DNA from: Gonapodya sp. JEL0774
Lineage: Eukaryota
DNA: 57,586 nucleotides
Reading direction: 5' to 3'
Assembly: GCA_027604505.1 (NCBI GenBank)
Contig: JADIIX010000031.1
Coordinates: forward strand, 124,001 to 181,586
Below are positions 24,568 to 37,895 of this stretch, piece by piece. The notes under the pieces are model-generated. The model worked only from the letters and a program-made list of their open reading frames with translations. It made no database searches and was not told where the DNA came from. The first letter of the stretch is position 1. Each line of letters starts with the position of its first letter. The position numbers were made by a program, and so were the translations under genes.

Positions 24568-27541
24568 TCACACCATGTCCACTCTCCCATGAACCCCTCC
24601 TGCCAAAGGGTAGTACTCCCTGCTCGTCCTGATGCTGCTATCCTGACTCAAGGACGTGTCTGCCCGAATCGAACTCCGACCGATCGTCTCGGGTGGTGAC
24701 GCAACCAACCCTGCGGACAGCACGGTGCCACTGGTCGTGCTCGCCGCCGTGATCGTGATGGTGGATGAACGTCCTCGGTGGGCTTTGTTCATGGCGGCAC
24801 TGTCGCGCGGACTGATACTCCGCGAGGGTTTCTTGATCATGTCGTGGTAAGTAGAGTAGGTTGGTGAAGTGATCCCGCCGTTGTGGTGGACGTCGTCATG
24901 TCCGCTCACACTCCTGGATTTAGACCTCACGGAGGGACTGTTGTTGGCTGACATGGGGATATCTGTACCAATATTGGTGGTCTTGTGCATGTCCATATGA
25001 CCGAAGGGAACATCGCGGAGCTCGCTTTCCTCGATCAATCGTCGAGTCGGAACAGGCGCAACAGAAGAAGCTCTCCTAAAGTTCTGCCGATGTTCGGGCG
25101 CATCTTCACGGACACATTGCTTTCGGAGCACCGCACTCTCCCCGTGCACATCAGTACTTCCCCGGCCTCGACCAGATCCCGCGTTCGCACCACCACCTCG
25201 GTCTTCCCGATCGTGACCACCCCTGCCTGTCCCAGTCACACTCCCCCTGGCTCCAGCACACACTCTCTCTCCGTCATAGCTCACTGGTTCGTCATAAGAT
25301 GTTGCAGGATCATCGGACGCAGACTGCAAGTGGCCTCCGGCCAGAGGATGCTCGACTTCTCCCATGACAGTCTTTTCCGAGCCGAATCCGATCCGATGCT
25401 TGTGTCCCTGTCCTGTAAAAGGGATTCTCGGTGCTGGAACAGGAAAATTTGATCCTGCCATCCCACCCACGCCTGAGTGTCCAACGGAGGCCGTTTCGCC
25501 AGTAATGATACTGGACATATCATTTCCATCTTTATACGTCCCTCTTTCATCGTCCTTAACCTGCACATTCGCGACGTCCCACTGTCCTCCCCCCCCGTAC
25601 TCATATTCCGACGACCCCCGCCGCGAGGTCCCCGTGTATTCGCTCACACTTGGGGCGCCCCGTCCAACCGACGAAACCGTACCTGTCCGTTGAGCTCTTC
25701 TGCTATCAATCCTTGCAGGAACTTGAACAACACTTGCGCTCCACCCGGACTCGGAGCCGATGGAGGGGGAGCAAGCGAGTGGGTGCCCGAACGTTTCCCG
25801 GTTACCTGATCCCGCTGGCTCATCGCGCTTGATGATGCCTTCGCCAGAGCCGAACACAGATCCTGCGAACGACGATGATTCCGTGGGGCTTTTGACCGTT
25901 TGGTATCCATGCTCGAAGCCTGGGTATCTGGCGGCCGCAGTCAGCGACCTCACCTGGGGTGTTGTGGCGGCGCCGTACAAATCTGTGCCACCACCATTGA
26001 CGGCAGCGCGATATATCTCCCCCCACTGCTCAGGTACTGGTAACTGTTCGCCGTCGCCGCTACGCCGCGGCGGTCCATCGTAGGCTCCGTAACCCATCGA
26101 CCCATGACCCGGTGAGTGCAGGAGATTGCGTCCACTACGACCGCTCCTGCTGCTGATTTGCGGAGAGGGCAGTGGTGGGTGCTCCGAGAGGGCGCCAGGA
26201 CTTCCCAAGGAGCGGAAGCTGCTGATGGTTGGGATCGAGGGAGGGGAGAGAGCGCCTCGGTAACCCGAAAGAGCGGTGGATATAGAGAGCTTGGTTTCAA
26301 GGTTCAGAGACCCAGTCGCTATGTGCGCCGTACTTTCGGACTTGCGATCTTCCTGTGTGTCCCCCAAAGATGTCGTGCCATTCCATGCACCAGGAAACAA
26401 GCCACTGGCAGTGCTCATTCGACTTGACCTCCCGTTTGCTGAACTCACACGGCTTGTCCGGCTGCTACCAGGCCAAGGTCTCCTTGACGACGTGTCAGCA
26501 CCCTCGCCGAATGTCGGGCTCCATCGGCCCGGCCCACCGTCTTTACTTGTTGTGTCCAGGCCGCGCGGCACGGTGCTGCCCACAAACAATGCAATGGGAG
26601 CAGGACCGCGGAGGTAGTGGTATCCGATGCCTATCCCTGCGAAGATCGCCAGAAAAAGGACAGCGCCGGAGGCGATGAGAACATTTTGCAGGGTTATTCC
26701 CCCTGCTTCACGGGATGGACCACCAATGTGACCCCCTGTCGTTGACGTGATACCAGACGAATCGGATCCAGTGCCAAAGTCGAGAGAAGTCACGTTGCGT
26801 TGGGGAAACGGAATACTGTAATTCACCGCTGGCGGAAGCGCAGCCTGCCCTGCCGGCCCAGGCGAAGGTGCAGGAATGCGATCGGGTGCATCAATCTGTA
26901 ATGATCACGAAACGGAGTTCGGGACGAAAGGTGTTATTCACATAATCGAAGAATGACCTGACCCGACATAATCAGTTTCAAACACATGTCTGCACCGCAG
27001 ATATCTGGACATGTCCACCACAACATCACCTGTCTCGAACTAAACTCACCGTGGCGCAAGAATCCGCCCACATCGACACTGTGCCAACTGTAATTAGCAA
27101 ACCACAAGTTTCCAGTGTCTGGCACACCGGCTGAGTTGTCGAGTACGCATCCAAAATATTACAGTAGGATGTACACGCGCAGCCCCGGTAGGAAGTCTGG
27201 AATGTTTGCCCACTGCTCGGGGATGCGAGAAGGCCGGCGGCGACAACCAAGCAGAGGACGAAGGACACACAAAAGGAAGATTTTGAACTCTTTCCAGCGT
27301 AGAGCGCTGAGTCTGTCGTTGAATTCGCTGATAAAAGTCGGATGCGTTTGTGAAACCGGGAACGAAATGGTTGTGAGTGCTGGCGTCCGGTGGAACGATG
27401 CCCGAGCGAAGCTGGTCGTGGGCCAACAAGAGACCCCGCGAGAGGTTTCATATCGAGAAACTCATGCGAATTGGAACATTGAAGAGTCTGATTTGGGCTC
27501 ATTTCGTGGAGAAATTTCCCCCTGCGTCCGCTCAAATTCAT
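24568..27541 (-). CDS. Single-pass membrane protein with a small 6-Cys ectodomain and long disordered cytoplasmic tail
   Basis: Exon 1 (to 27050) carries a signal-like stretch (FCVSFVLCLVVAAGLLASPSSG) and the Cys module. A phase-0 intron spans 27049-26896. Exon 2 carries TM segment VLIASGAVLFLAIFAGIGIGY and the S/G/R-rich tail. Start codon uncertain. Confidence 0.8.
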
Positions 27542-27953
27542 TCCAAGAGCGGCGCTCGACTTGGCCGGCGATGAACCAACGAGAAACAAATCTGCGGATA
27601 CGAGGGTCTCCACGATCACTGCAGGCACACTTTCTACGCGCGCTCTTTGTCTCTGTCACGATTTGTTCGAGGTTTCGCCGCTTATTTCACGTGGAAATGG
27701 AAAATATCCCGATTTGGATAAAGTGCGAACTTCTCGGTTCTCCTGTGCTTGCCGAACACACATTTTCGAAACGTGTAATTTCCCACCAATACAGAAATGA
27801 GACTAAAGGGCTTTCCGAATTTGGGAGTGCTTGCGCGAGAAGGTTCTGTAGCGAGGGTACGTACCGTCATATGTCCTAGAGGAAACGTAAGGAAACATCA
27901 AGTGATAGCAATTGTATTCATTATTGTGTTCGCGCAGATGCGACGAGTTCCAT

Positions 27954-29563
27954 TTACCGATTATAAGACGAGATCTCCAAAATAGTTGTCCCTAAGACCA
28001 GATCTCCAATACCACTTCCAATGAATGCACAGTCCCACTGTGATTAATGCCCCGAAAACCGCAAGAGAGGAAGTGCGTCTGCTTCTTTCTGTTTCAACTC
28101 TCTCCGGTCCGCTTTATGCTGCCACCATCGCGCATTTCCTCTTAGAAGTTTCGCGTTTTTCGCGCCAACCCCCCCCCCGCGTCAAAACGCAAGGAGATTG
28201 CATTTGCGTTCCACGCCTCTGTAACTGGAGCGAGGCACTCCAACATGTGCGAGATGCCCAGATCATGTGATTCCTCCGAGTCCACTGCGTACCGCATCGC
28301 CCACATCGCACGATTCACAGAGAATGCAAGCAACACTACCTCCGAACCACAATTGGCGAGGCAAATGAGTCGGGAAACTTGAAGAACGATCTCGGTAAGG
28401 CTCGATCGGGTATACAGCTTGGTCTCCGAGAATACGTGCAGGAACAGAACATACAAGGCATGGTCGGGGCTCATGTCAGAGCAGGTGAGAGCAAGTTCAA
28501 CAAAATCGATCACTGAAATGAGAGGAGTCTTGCTGCTTACTGCAAGAGGAGGTGCCAGGGCGGTATGAAGCACATGGGGCCAGAGAATCGCTTCCCGGAA
28601 CAAAGCAGCACTCATCCCCAAAGTTCGGAGACAGAGAACCTTTCCTCCCACTGACAGGTCGCAGTTCCGAATGGCGGCGGAAATACCCCAGTCATCGTTT
28701 ATGTGGCTCTCAGGGAAGGGACCAGGGATCCGGAAAGATGTGAACGTCATGATACTCCAGTCATCTGCGCAACCCCAGTCTTTTGACAAGAAACCTCAGT
28801 CTCTCCATTTTAATAATTCCAATGGTGGGCAACCATCAATCTTCGGCGAGGGTCCAACAATGATACCAGGACGAGTACAGAAGAGATTGTTAAAGAATTG
28901 GCTCAACCCCGACCATCGTCTTGTTCCATTCAACCCGTTCATCCAATCGAATGCACGCGATAGACGAATGTATAAAAGGGAAAGCCGGAGTATCTAGAGT
29001 AGTTGCAAACAAGCTTCTAGTGGAATTCTCTCTAGCAACCAGTCTCCCCACGAGAATATCAATTGAAACCCTCCTGCGTAGGTCGTGCCTGATGCGAGGA
29101 GCTGAACCCATTCCACGAATTCCTTTGACTTCCAGATCGGTGCATCCGAGCTCCAAACCTTCGTCAACGTTAGAACACCCTCACTTTTCGGTCTTGCGTT
29201 TTCTGTCAGGCCTGAATGAACGGACACTGCTCTGCATGCCAGGGGAACCAACCTCCCGACATCAAATTGGTCAGCCAACGTACGCTTCGCGAATAACCTT
29301 CTGATGCTGTCCAAGACATATTGATCGTGAACGGCGCGCCATTGTCGTCCTACCGCTCGTATTGTCGGTTTTTTCGTCCTCCGCGAGAACCCCACCAAGG
29401 AAATGATCCGAGTCAGAATCTCGATGGGTATCAGGGTCCCCCACCGTGGACGAGTAATGTCATCATCGGACGGCGGTTTTGGCACACCTTGTGCTGCGTT
29501 TGGCGTTTCTTTCAATCCTCGTGGTACCCTAGTTGCAGTCTTCCGTTGCTTCTTCCCCCGCAT
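27954..29563 (-). pseudogene. Intronless F-box-like protein, copy B (disrupted)
   Basis: MRGKKQRKT...RPRWGTLIPIEILTRIISLV... aligns with copy A along its length. In-frame stops at 28996-28994 (TAG) and 28798-28796 (TGA). Frameshift in the G10 run at 28169-28178. Confidence 0.8.
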
Positions 29564-30124
29564 TCCGATGAGTAGAGAGACAGGAGCGTCCAGAGGACAC
29601 TGAATCGCTTGGAGAAACGAGACCAAATGATCCGGTAACCGCGTTTGCGCCCGCTGCAAACGTACGACGATTCAGACCGTTGGAATTCTGTACATCGTTT
29701 CTGGACGCGGAAACAGTTTCAGCAAAATATCGCACCACTCTTTCTGCAGTGACCAATTCAATTGAGGCTGCTCGCTGGACTTAATCAAGAAATAGCCGTT
29801 TTCTTTCGACGAATGATTTATTATGTAAGGCTTTCACCATGACTTCAGCTCATTACACAATACAAACAAAAGCTTCGGTAACTAAATATCATCTGAGTCA
29901 TGAGATTCGTAACGCTAAGACAGAGCTCCGAATCGTCGTCGCATTAACAAAGCTGTTGCAGACCCCGGACAATCACACTCAATCACCAAAATGTCCAAGG
30001 CAGCTTTTGAAAGTTTCTTGCGCCACCGCCCTCCCGAGGGTGAGATTATCAGGTTGGGACATATCATATTGGGAACCAGCCAACACTGGTGGGCTTGTCA
30101 CAAGGCAGGGCAATCGGACCGCGA

Positions 30125-32735
30125 ATGCGGAGCGTGACCCTCAATGGGCCTCTCGCGTCACTGGCGCTCTCGCCAGATGCTTCGCAGATTGCTGTCTGTG
30201 GATCCGCTGGTTTGTTTTCATTCATTTCCGTTCAGTGCGTGTTCAAAGGTTGTGACACATCCTGATTCTCAAGTCGTCAAAGTCCTGTCGCCAGGCAATG
30301 GACTGACCGAAGTGTCAAATCTGCGGACTATGATCAAAGGTGTCTCAGACTTTACCGATGTCAAGTTTTCGGGAGCGGCTGGTGGTGAGTGGCTCGAAGT
30401 CATAATTTGTGATCTCATTCTGTAATCACCGTCCAACGACTGTTTTAAGAGCCGAACGGACTTCTTGCAGTTGCTAGTACGAATGGAGTGATCGTTGTTT
30501 TGTCCAGAAACCCTGATTGGCGAGTCGGTAAGTGTTTGAAACTGATTGAATACCAGTGGCACTTGCTCATTGTTGAAGCTCACATCCGGCACTATTTGCA
30601 CCATGTCTAGATTATATCCGAGAACACACTCTCGCAGTGAATCGATTGGCGTTTCATCCGACTGACCTTCGCCTTGTCAGCGCGTCCCAGGATGGTACCT
30701 TGCGACTCTGGGTGAGTGCACCATCAAAACACCGGTTTTGCATGCGATCGGGGTCTTCTGCATTTCCGATCGCAGACATTGTATGACGGTGCTATTGTTC
30801 CGGGGTGCTGATGGCCATGACACCAAAACGTGCGATCATCGCCGTTGCGCTAATGCGTATATATCGCCGTCCCTTTCAGGACGTGTCTTCTCGCCCCTCC
30901 GTCCGAGCTCTCCTGGACGGCAAGTCTCATGCTGCACGTGACGTCCAATTTAATCCTCGAAGTTCCACCGAATTCGCGGCCGTCTTCGAATCAGGGTTCC
31001 TCCAAACGTGGGACTCTGTCCGTGGCGAACAAACAAGGAGGCTTTCGGCACACTCGGGACCGGCGCTCTGCTTGGATTGGCACTCTAGTGGATACGTCGT
31101 GGCGACAGGTGGGATGGATAAGGCGATATACGTGAGTTTGGGGAAAGCATCACTTTCATCCCTTCAACTCCCAACTGATGGCACTCAACTTCCAATCTCT
31201 ATGTACCCAAACATCACTAAACAAGCTTTGGGATATTCGAGAACCCCGCCGCTATGCCGCACACCTCCACGCCCCCTCTGGCGTCTACCGTGTCGCCTTC
31301 CGGCCCCTCTCCGACACCCAACTCGCCTCCTGCGCCATCACCTCCTCGACCAAATCTGCCGACCCTACTGTCCACGTCTGGGATTTTCGCAGACCGTATG
31401 TTCCAATCGTGTCGTGGAAACCTCACACGGGTATGGTGTCCGGGGTCGTCTGGTGTTCGGGGTTGGGACGGATCGCGACGTGCTCAAAGGATAAGACAGT
31501 GGCGATGTATGGAATCAAAGAAGGGAGGGCAGTGGTCGAGGAGTTGTCGACTTCTGCAATTGCGATGAGCTGCAGTGAGGAGATGACCTTGGCGGTGGGG
31601 CCAACACAGAGGTGAGGTGTCTTCTCATGTAAAATCGAGCGTATCCTTCCCGGGGATCTTCATCCAGATGAGGCTGTGTTTCTTATCGATTTTCGATCTT
31701 GTATTCAGCGACTACGCCAAAGACGACAGCTCGGTCCCGATAGCGCCATCCCACTCCCTCTGCGGCGGCGTGCAGGTTTCCAGTCGGGCCAGTTTCAACT
31801 ACCTCGCCGAAAATTATTCGTGGGGTAAGAAAAGGGGCACGACTCTTGTTCATTGTGAGATAAATGCCGCGGTGGGTTGAGGGTCTGTTTGACGAACTGG
31901 TTTTCTGCCCGGTAACTTTCTCTCGCCCGCTTCCCACCCCAACTCGCACGAATCTATGCTATTTCTCTCAACACCGCCAGGTCGCCGAAACTGTCGGTCA
32001 GTACTCCGTGGCCCAAACTTGGCGGATGCTGCACCTCCTCTCCCTGCAGCCTGGCGGAGCGCTGCGGACACCACACGAGTTCGAACCAGATGAGCTGGTG
32101 CTGGTGCACGATGTGCTCGAGTTTTACGCAGAGCTGGGTAACGTGCAGATGTGCGTTATGGTCCTGTTGGTGCTGGGGATGGAACACGAGATGGAGGAGG
32201 TGTGGATCGGGAGTTATGTCGGTGAGTTGGGCACGAGGGGATTGTTTGGACGTTTGGCACCTTGCCATTTTCAGAGCCGACTGAACTGTATTTGTATTGG
32301 CGGGGTGATATTTGTGGCAGAGTTGTTGAGGCGGTTACAGCTCTATGACGTGGCAACCCGAAGTGAGTTTCCCACGACCGATGGAGTTTCTATATCTGTT
32401 GAACTGCGGCACGCTCATGAAATTCGTTCACTCATACTTTTTCAGTATTGAAAGACTGCTCCAAGTCCATTTCCCATTCCCTCCAGTCTGGCCAAGTTCT
32501 CGAAACAATGTGTCCCGCATGCGGCAAATCCATGTCGGCGACGACTCTCGAGTGTCCCTCGTGCTTGCAGTCCCAGAGTCGATGCACGGTGTGTCATTTG
32601 GTTGTGTTGGGACGGTACACCTTGTGCAGCGGGTGCGGTCACGGGGGCCACGTCGAGTGTGTGGAGGAGTGGTTCGGGGAAGACGCAGAGTGTCCCACGG
32701 GGTGTGGTCATGCGTGTGTCAGTAGTAGGATGTGA
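30125..32735 (+). CDS. WDR24: GATOR2/SEA complex subunit WDR24 (Sea2/Rtc1)
   Basis: WD40 repeats with family motifs (RDVQFNP, FESGFLQTWD, AHSGPALCLDWH, VHVWDFRRPYVP), then CEINAAVA...QTWRML and YAELGNVQMC, and a C-terminal zinc finger/RING CTVCH...CSGCGHGGHVECVEEWF...CPTGCGHAC. Multi-exon. Confidence 0.95.
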
Positions 32736-33885
32736 CCGAGTTCGGCATGAGGACTGATGTGTGTTGGATGAGACGTTCACGGAGCGTTTCAAAGGTGCGG
32801 TGGATCTGATTTGATATGTTATATATGTGATTTGGGGGGGGGGGGGGTGGTCAAACAGACGGCCGTGAGTGGCGGTGCTGGACGTTGCCGGAGAACGAAC
32901 AGTGTTGGACATGCATGATACCCAAGGCAAAATGTATAATGATCTTTAAATGTCAAGTTTTGGACAGTCATGGGTTATGCTTATCATCACACTCTTACAA
33001 TACAACAGCGTTGGTGTTGGCATCGTTTCTGATCACATTTGGCTTCTACTGAATATTCAAAACAGCGTCGATCTCGTGGAGCCATTCCGCGGAGATGGAC
33101 CACCAGCAGTCATGATACCACGAGAGTGGGGATCCGGTCAAAGCAACTGCGCTCATGGCACAATAGAGCAGCTCATCAAGGACCTCACGGTTGAGGGCAT
33201 AAAGTTTGAGGTTTGGGAGACACGGCTCTTTGATGAACAAACCTGGAGTTCGCGTATAAACAAACAAGTTAAGGTTTTGCTCACCTCTGTGTAAAAACGC
33301 CAAATCAGTGCATGCACTAAAACCCTGCACATTGACCGTCCCGTATACGCACTTCCATTTCTGTACCAAATTAATTTTTTCCCTTGAGCTCACAGGGCAA
33401 GTGCGTTCCCTGCTCGCCGCCGTTGGCGCTTCCCCAAATGTGGCCGAATTACAAGTCCCTGTGTCGAAATATCGAAATCGCAATAGTGGATTGGAATTAC
33501 TAGATTTTCTGAGCTAATTTCATACTTGTGCCCGCCCTGTTTCAAATTTTTGCACTCGGAGAGACAAAAAACGGGTCCTGGTCTGCTCCTCCTGAGGCTT
33601 CGCAGCCTGACCCGAACACACGGTTTCGGTCCAACCATGCAGAATAATGCATCATCGAAGGTTTTTATCCACGAGATAAACAGGTATATACAGTCTGATT
33701 CGAAAGATCTGTCCTAATATGGATACATCGATGGGGCAACGTAATGCCGGTTTATTCGTCCAGTTACCGTCTACCGCACCAGACAACGCTGTATTGCACT
33801 AAACCGATAAAGAATCTGAGATTTGCAATGGGATGTGGCGAATTATGAAAAGGCCTCTCAAACTCAAAATGGGTGTGTATTATTT

Positions 33886-33916
33886 TCAAGGGGGCGGTGC
33901 TTTTCCACCTCAGCTT
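33886..33916 (+). promoter_or_regulatory. Upstream motif shared with the second deacetylase gene
   Basis: TCAAGGGGGCGGTG followed by CCTCAGCTT; near-identical motifs occur at 37896-37943. Confidence 0.35.
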
Positions 33917-33964
33917 CATTTCCCCCTTGGAGCGTTTGCTGAATCGCCGGACACCGCAACAATA

Positions 33965-36900
33965 ATGCGGACGTCGCTGATGCTCGCACTTTTCCTTGTC
34001 CTGCTTCCGCTGCTTGCGACAGCGGCGCCTCTTGCGTCGTCCTGCGACCGCGCTGTCGGCTGCTTGACCTTGTCGGCGCTCTCAGACTCCGCTCCCGTCC
34101 TGCCCGTCGGGCACAACCGCAAAGGCGCCCTCCTGCCGCTCAGGATCGACGTCGAGTCGGACGTTCCCAAGAATCTTGTGGTCGAGGCCTTCACTGCAGA
34201 CGGTGTGAGTGTCGTTGGAGTCTCGGGCTTTCCATTTTGGGCATATTGTCGGAAACAGCGGAGTCATCAAACGCTAATAATTTTTTTCCCTTCTCCTCGT
34301 AACAACACATGCTGATCGTATTCTTGGCGTTGTTTTTTCAGTCTACTTTCCTCGGCAAATCGCATGTCCATGGCGTGGCGTCGACCGACGGACCCGTGTC
34401 GGTGGCTCTCAACCTCCCCCGAGCCTGCGAGGATCTCATCCAATTTCTGGACGGTATCACCACTGAAGTGACCGTTATTATCCGCGCATGGCTTACTCCC
34501 GAGAACCCCAATTTCGCGCAAGCTCCTGCGAATAAGGTGTCAAAGACGGTGGTGCTGGTGAGTGCAGCAGCCTCGGGCGCACTGCTGCTGGACACCCGTA
34601 GTTCAACTACCCCTCTTTTCCAGTTTCGCCCGAACAAACCCGCCGTTCAGCAGGTCGCCATCATCGAGAATGCTGCCGCTCCTGCTCTACAGCTCAAGAA
34701 AATCGCACCCCTGGTCAAGCGGCAACGGTCATGTGACACGATCCACGCCGCTTACGCAGCAGGTGGGACGACGAACGGAAACACGTTCGACACTATGTGG
34801 TCTCAAATTTCACCAATATCGGTTGTGTCTTGTAACATAGGTACCGCGATGACCGCTCAGGATTACTCTGACTGGGCGGCTTGGAGCTGCAACACATGGT
34901 AATTTCAAAGTGTTTTGCACGTTCAGGTGTTCGTTTGGCGGCACAAACCCTCATCAACCTGATGGTTTTTATAAAGGTACCCTGGTGGCATTGGTAGTTC
35001 AAGCGGTGGTGGCGGAACAACCCGCACTTGTGACACTATTTACGCTGCCAAGCAGGCTGGTGAGTTGCGTCAGAGATGTGGTGGCATGCACATGATTCAT
35101 GTGTTGAGCCTCTTTTCTCATTATCCATCTCCAAATTTTCTCCAGGTGTGACCATGACTGCTCAAGACTTTTCCGACTGGGCTGCATGGGGATGCAACCA
35201 ATGTGAGTTCCACCCAGGCTTCTGATGAAAATGTTCACAGTCTGATCCATTTCGTTGGGCAACTTTCGCGATGGCCTTTGCAACTCAGGGTTCCCGGCCG
35301 GAATCGGTAGCCCGAGCCCACCTCCCCCACCTCCCGCTCGCACAACCACCCGCCGGACCACCACCACCCGCAAAATCACAACCACCACCGTCGCCAACAC
35401 ACCACCTCCACCCCCACCTCCACCACCTCCTCCTCCCCCGCCAGGCGTTACGACCACTCGCACTCGTACCACGACCGTGGCTGCTCAGCCACCACCGCCA
35501 CCACCCCCTCCTGGCGTTACGACCACTCGCACTCGCACTCGCACCACGACCGTGGCACCACCGCCTCCAGCTTCCGGTCCTTGCTCGAGCCCAACTGCTG
35601 GCTGTGTCGACGCAACGAGCTTCCCGGCGACCATCTCGGCCACGGCAGGTGGAGGGAGCGGGTACGTCCTGACCTTGCGTGCGTGGGCCTCTGTACAGAA
35701 GGACCTGTTTGTGGAGTTCAGAAAGGTGAGCGGAAGACCCCACTCACTGGGAAGGCATCCCATTCTCCACGTTGCCGAACGCTGACGATGCTCCACTCTG
35801 TCTTTCCCACTCCAGGACGGCGTCATCGTCTCCAACTACGCCTACGCCTCGCTCCCCGCCGCCTCTACCTCTGCCTGGACATCAATCTCGGTTACGCTCA
35901 CTTACCCGACGCAAACCGCCGGCGGCACCTACCAGTTCTTTGTGTGGCTCACTTCTCCCGGAACCAGCTGGGGTGGCCAGACGTTCAACACGGTGAGTGA
36001 GCCGATGAATGCGGTCAATGGCGCCTAGGCAATTTGTCGTGATTGGAACGCTCATGCTTGGATCTTTGCGTTCGATGTTTCTAAGCTTCTCCCCGTCACC
36101 TTGTCTGGTGGTACCACCCCACCTCCCCCGCCCCCGCCCCCACCATCGGGAGGCGGCAGGGGTAGTGCTGCAGGAGCGTACATCTCGACGTGCAAGACTG
36201 CAGGCCAATACGCTTTGACCTTTGATGATGGACCACACATGTGAGTTTGGGTTCTCGACCTGTCGTGGAGGAGGTTTTGTTTCAAGGCTACCCCACTCAC
36301 CATCGCGTGCTCTCAGCTACACTTCTGGCTTGAAATCCATCCTCGCCCAGTACGGTATCAAGGCCACGTTCTTTGTGAGTTTCTTTTTCTCTTGTGCTTG
36401 AAATAGCACGTGCGTGACCCTGGGCAAACACGACTGACCTGTACTGTATCACTCATTCCAACAGGTCAACGGACAAAACTGGGGTAGCATTTACAACTAC
36501 GGTGATCTCCTCCGAGATTCTGTTGCCCAGGGACACCAGATCGCCATGCACGGGTGGTGGGTTTCCGTTCTTGGACGATGGCACATTCCCAAGGGAAACC
36601 ATCCCACAAAAGCTCAATATGTTCCCGCCCGGCCGTAATGTGTGTTTTTAAAGGTCCCACTGTGACTTCACGGTCCCTTCGACGTGCATCTACGCCAACG
36701 AAGTCGACCAGCTCATGAACGCCATCAACAGCATCATTGGCAAAACTCCTAGCTACTTCCGGTTCCCCTACGGAAGCTACGACGGCGCTGCGCAAAACTA
36801 TGTCGCTGGCAAAGGTCTCAGGGTGAGTTTTATTGTGGCTGGGAGGAATGTTCTGGCCCGATTGGCGCATCCTCTGTGTTCATTATTTTTTTTTTTTTTG

Positions 36901-37462
36901 TGTGTTTTCGCTGCTTGCTTGGGTTCCAGATTGTTGGTGAGTCCCCCGAATAGATTATAGTGCTCTAACTTGTTGTTCACACCATTCTGATTATCGCGCG
37001 GGACGTATTTAGGCTGGAACTTGGACACCAACGACTGGCAAGACGCCGTGAGTAGGCTGAGGCGGAGGAGAAGTCACTGCAGTTCCTTGTTAACATTCCT
37101 ATTCACAGAACAAAGCCGATCCATCTCTCACACTTGGCACCATTCAGGGTGCTTTGAACTCGGTTTCCAGTTCCTAGTGAGTAGCTTTCTGCGACCTTCG
37201 TCTCGAACGCGCAAACCTCTTGTCGCATTCAAATAAACTCTCCCTGCCTGATGCTGATGCGCTATATCCCCGACTTTTTTTTTTATTTCTTCACCATGAC
37301 AGTGCTACTTGGGTCGCTCTTGAGCACGACGTGTGGCCCACGACCGCCGGTGCAACTTCCAACTCGTGGATCTGGGCGGGTCTGTCCTTCATTCAATCCA
37401 AGGGATACCGCTTTGTGACGATCGCAGAGTGCGATGGTGACTCAACCGGTGGATACCTTTGA
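33965..37462 (+). CDS. Secreted modular polysaccharide (chitin) deacetylase, CE4/NodB family, paralog 1
   Basis: Signal peptide MRTSLMLALFLVLLPLLATA. All five CE4 motifs appear after splicing: TFDDGP, HGWSH, RFPYG, DTNDW, LEHD. Many short GT-AG introns. Confidence 0.95.
35400..35565 (+). repeat. Pro/Thr linker duplication (PPPPPPPPGVTTTRTRTTTVA x2)
   Basis: Near-identical DNA copies of ggcgttacgaccactcgcactcg...accacgaccgtggc. Confidence 0.85.
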
Positions 37463-37895
37463 GTATAATTTCGTACGACAAGGATCAGGGCGGAAGACAT
37501 GGAAGGGAGGGTTGGACTTTGGAACTACATAATTATGCATGGAGAAAGTGCATCGACGTACCAAGCGTTCTTGTTATACTAAGTCTTGCAAAAGTAGAAT
37601 AATACGTCGCAAGGAAAACAGACCTTGCAAATATGTGTACATGGCTGTGTTTACGTCACATGTTCGTTTTTTCTCCCCCTCGTGCAAAAATTTTGAACTG
37701 AGGTTGGGGCTCGACCCCCGACTGAGCTGGCCACACCCTGCCACACCCCGCAAAGAACGACGAAACTTTGCATTGCTAACAAGGCCTACGATGTTCAGCA
37801 GCCACTTATACCTCTTGTACACTGCGAATTTTCGGGCAAATTGGACGGCTTCAGTTCAATAGAATTTCCAGTCCAACATTATTTATTTCGGTTTG

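Noticed and set aside
32834..32847. G14 homopolymer
   Set aside because: Simple run in a 3' region with no associated structure.
32950..33483. Overlapping ORFs between WDR24 and the first deacetylase (LHEIDAV resembles a Walker B motif)
   Set aside because: No Walker A or other supporting motif, and no convincing gene structure.
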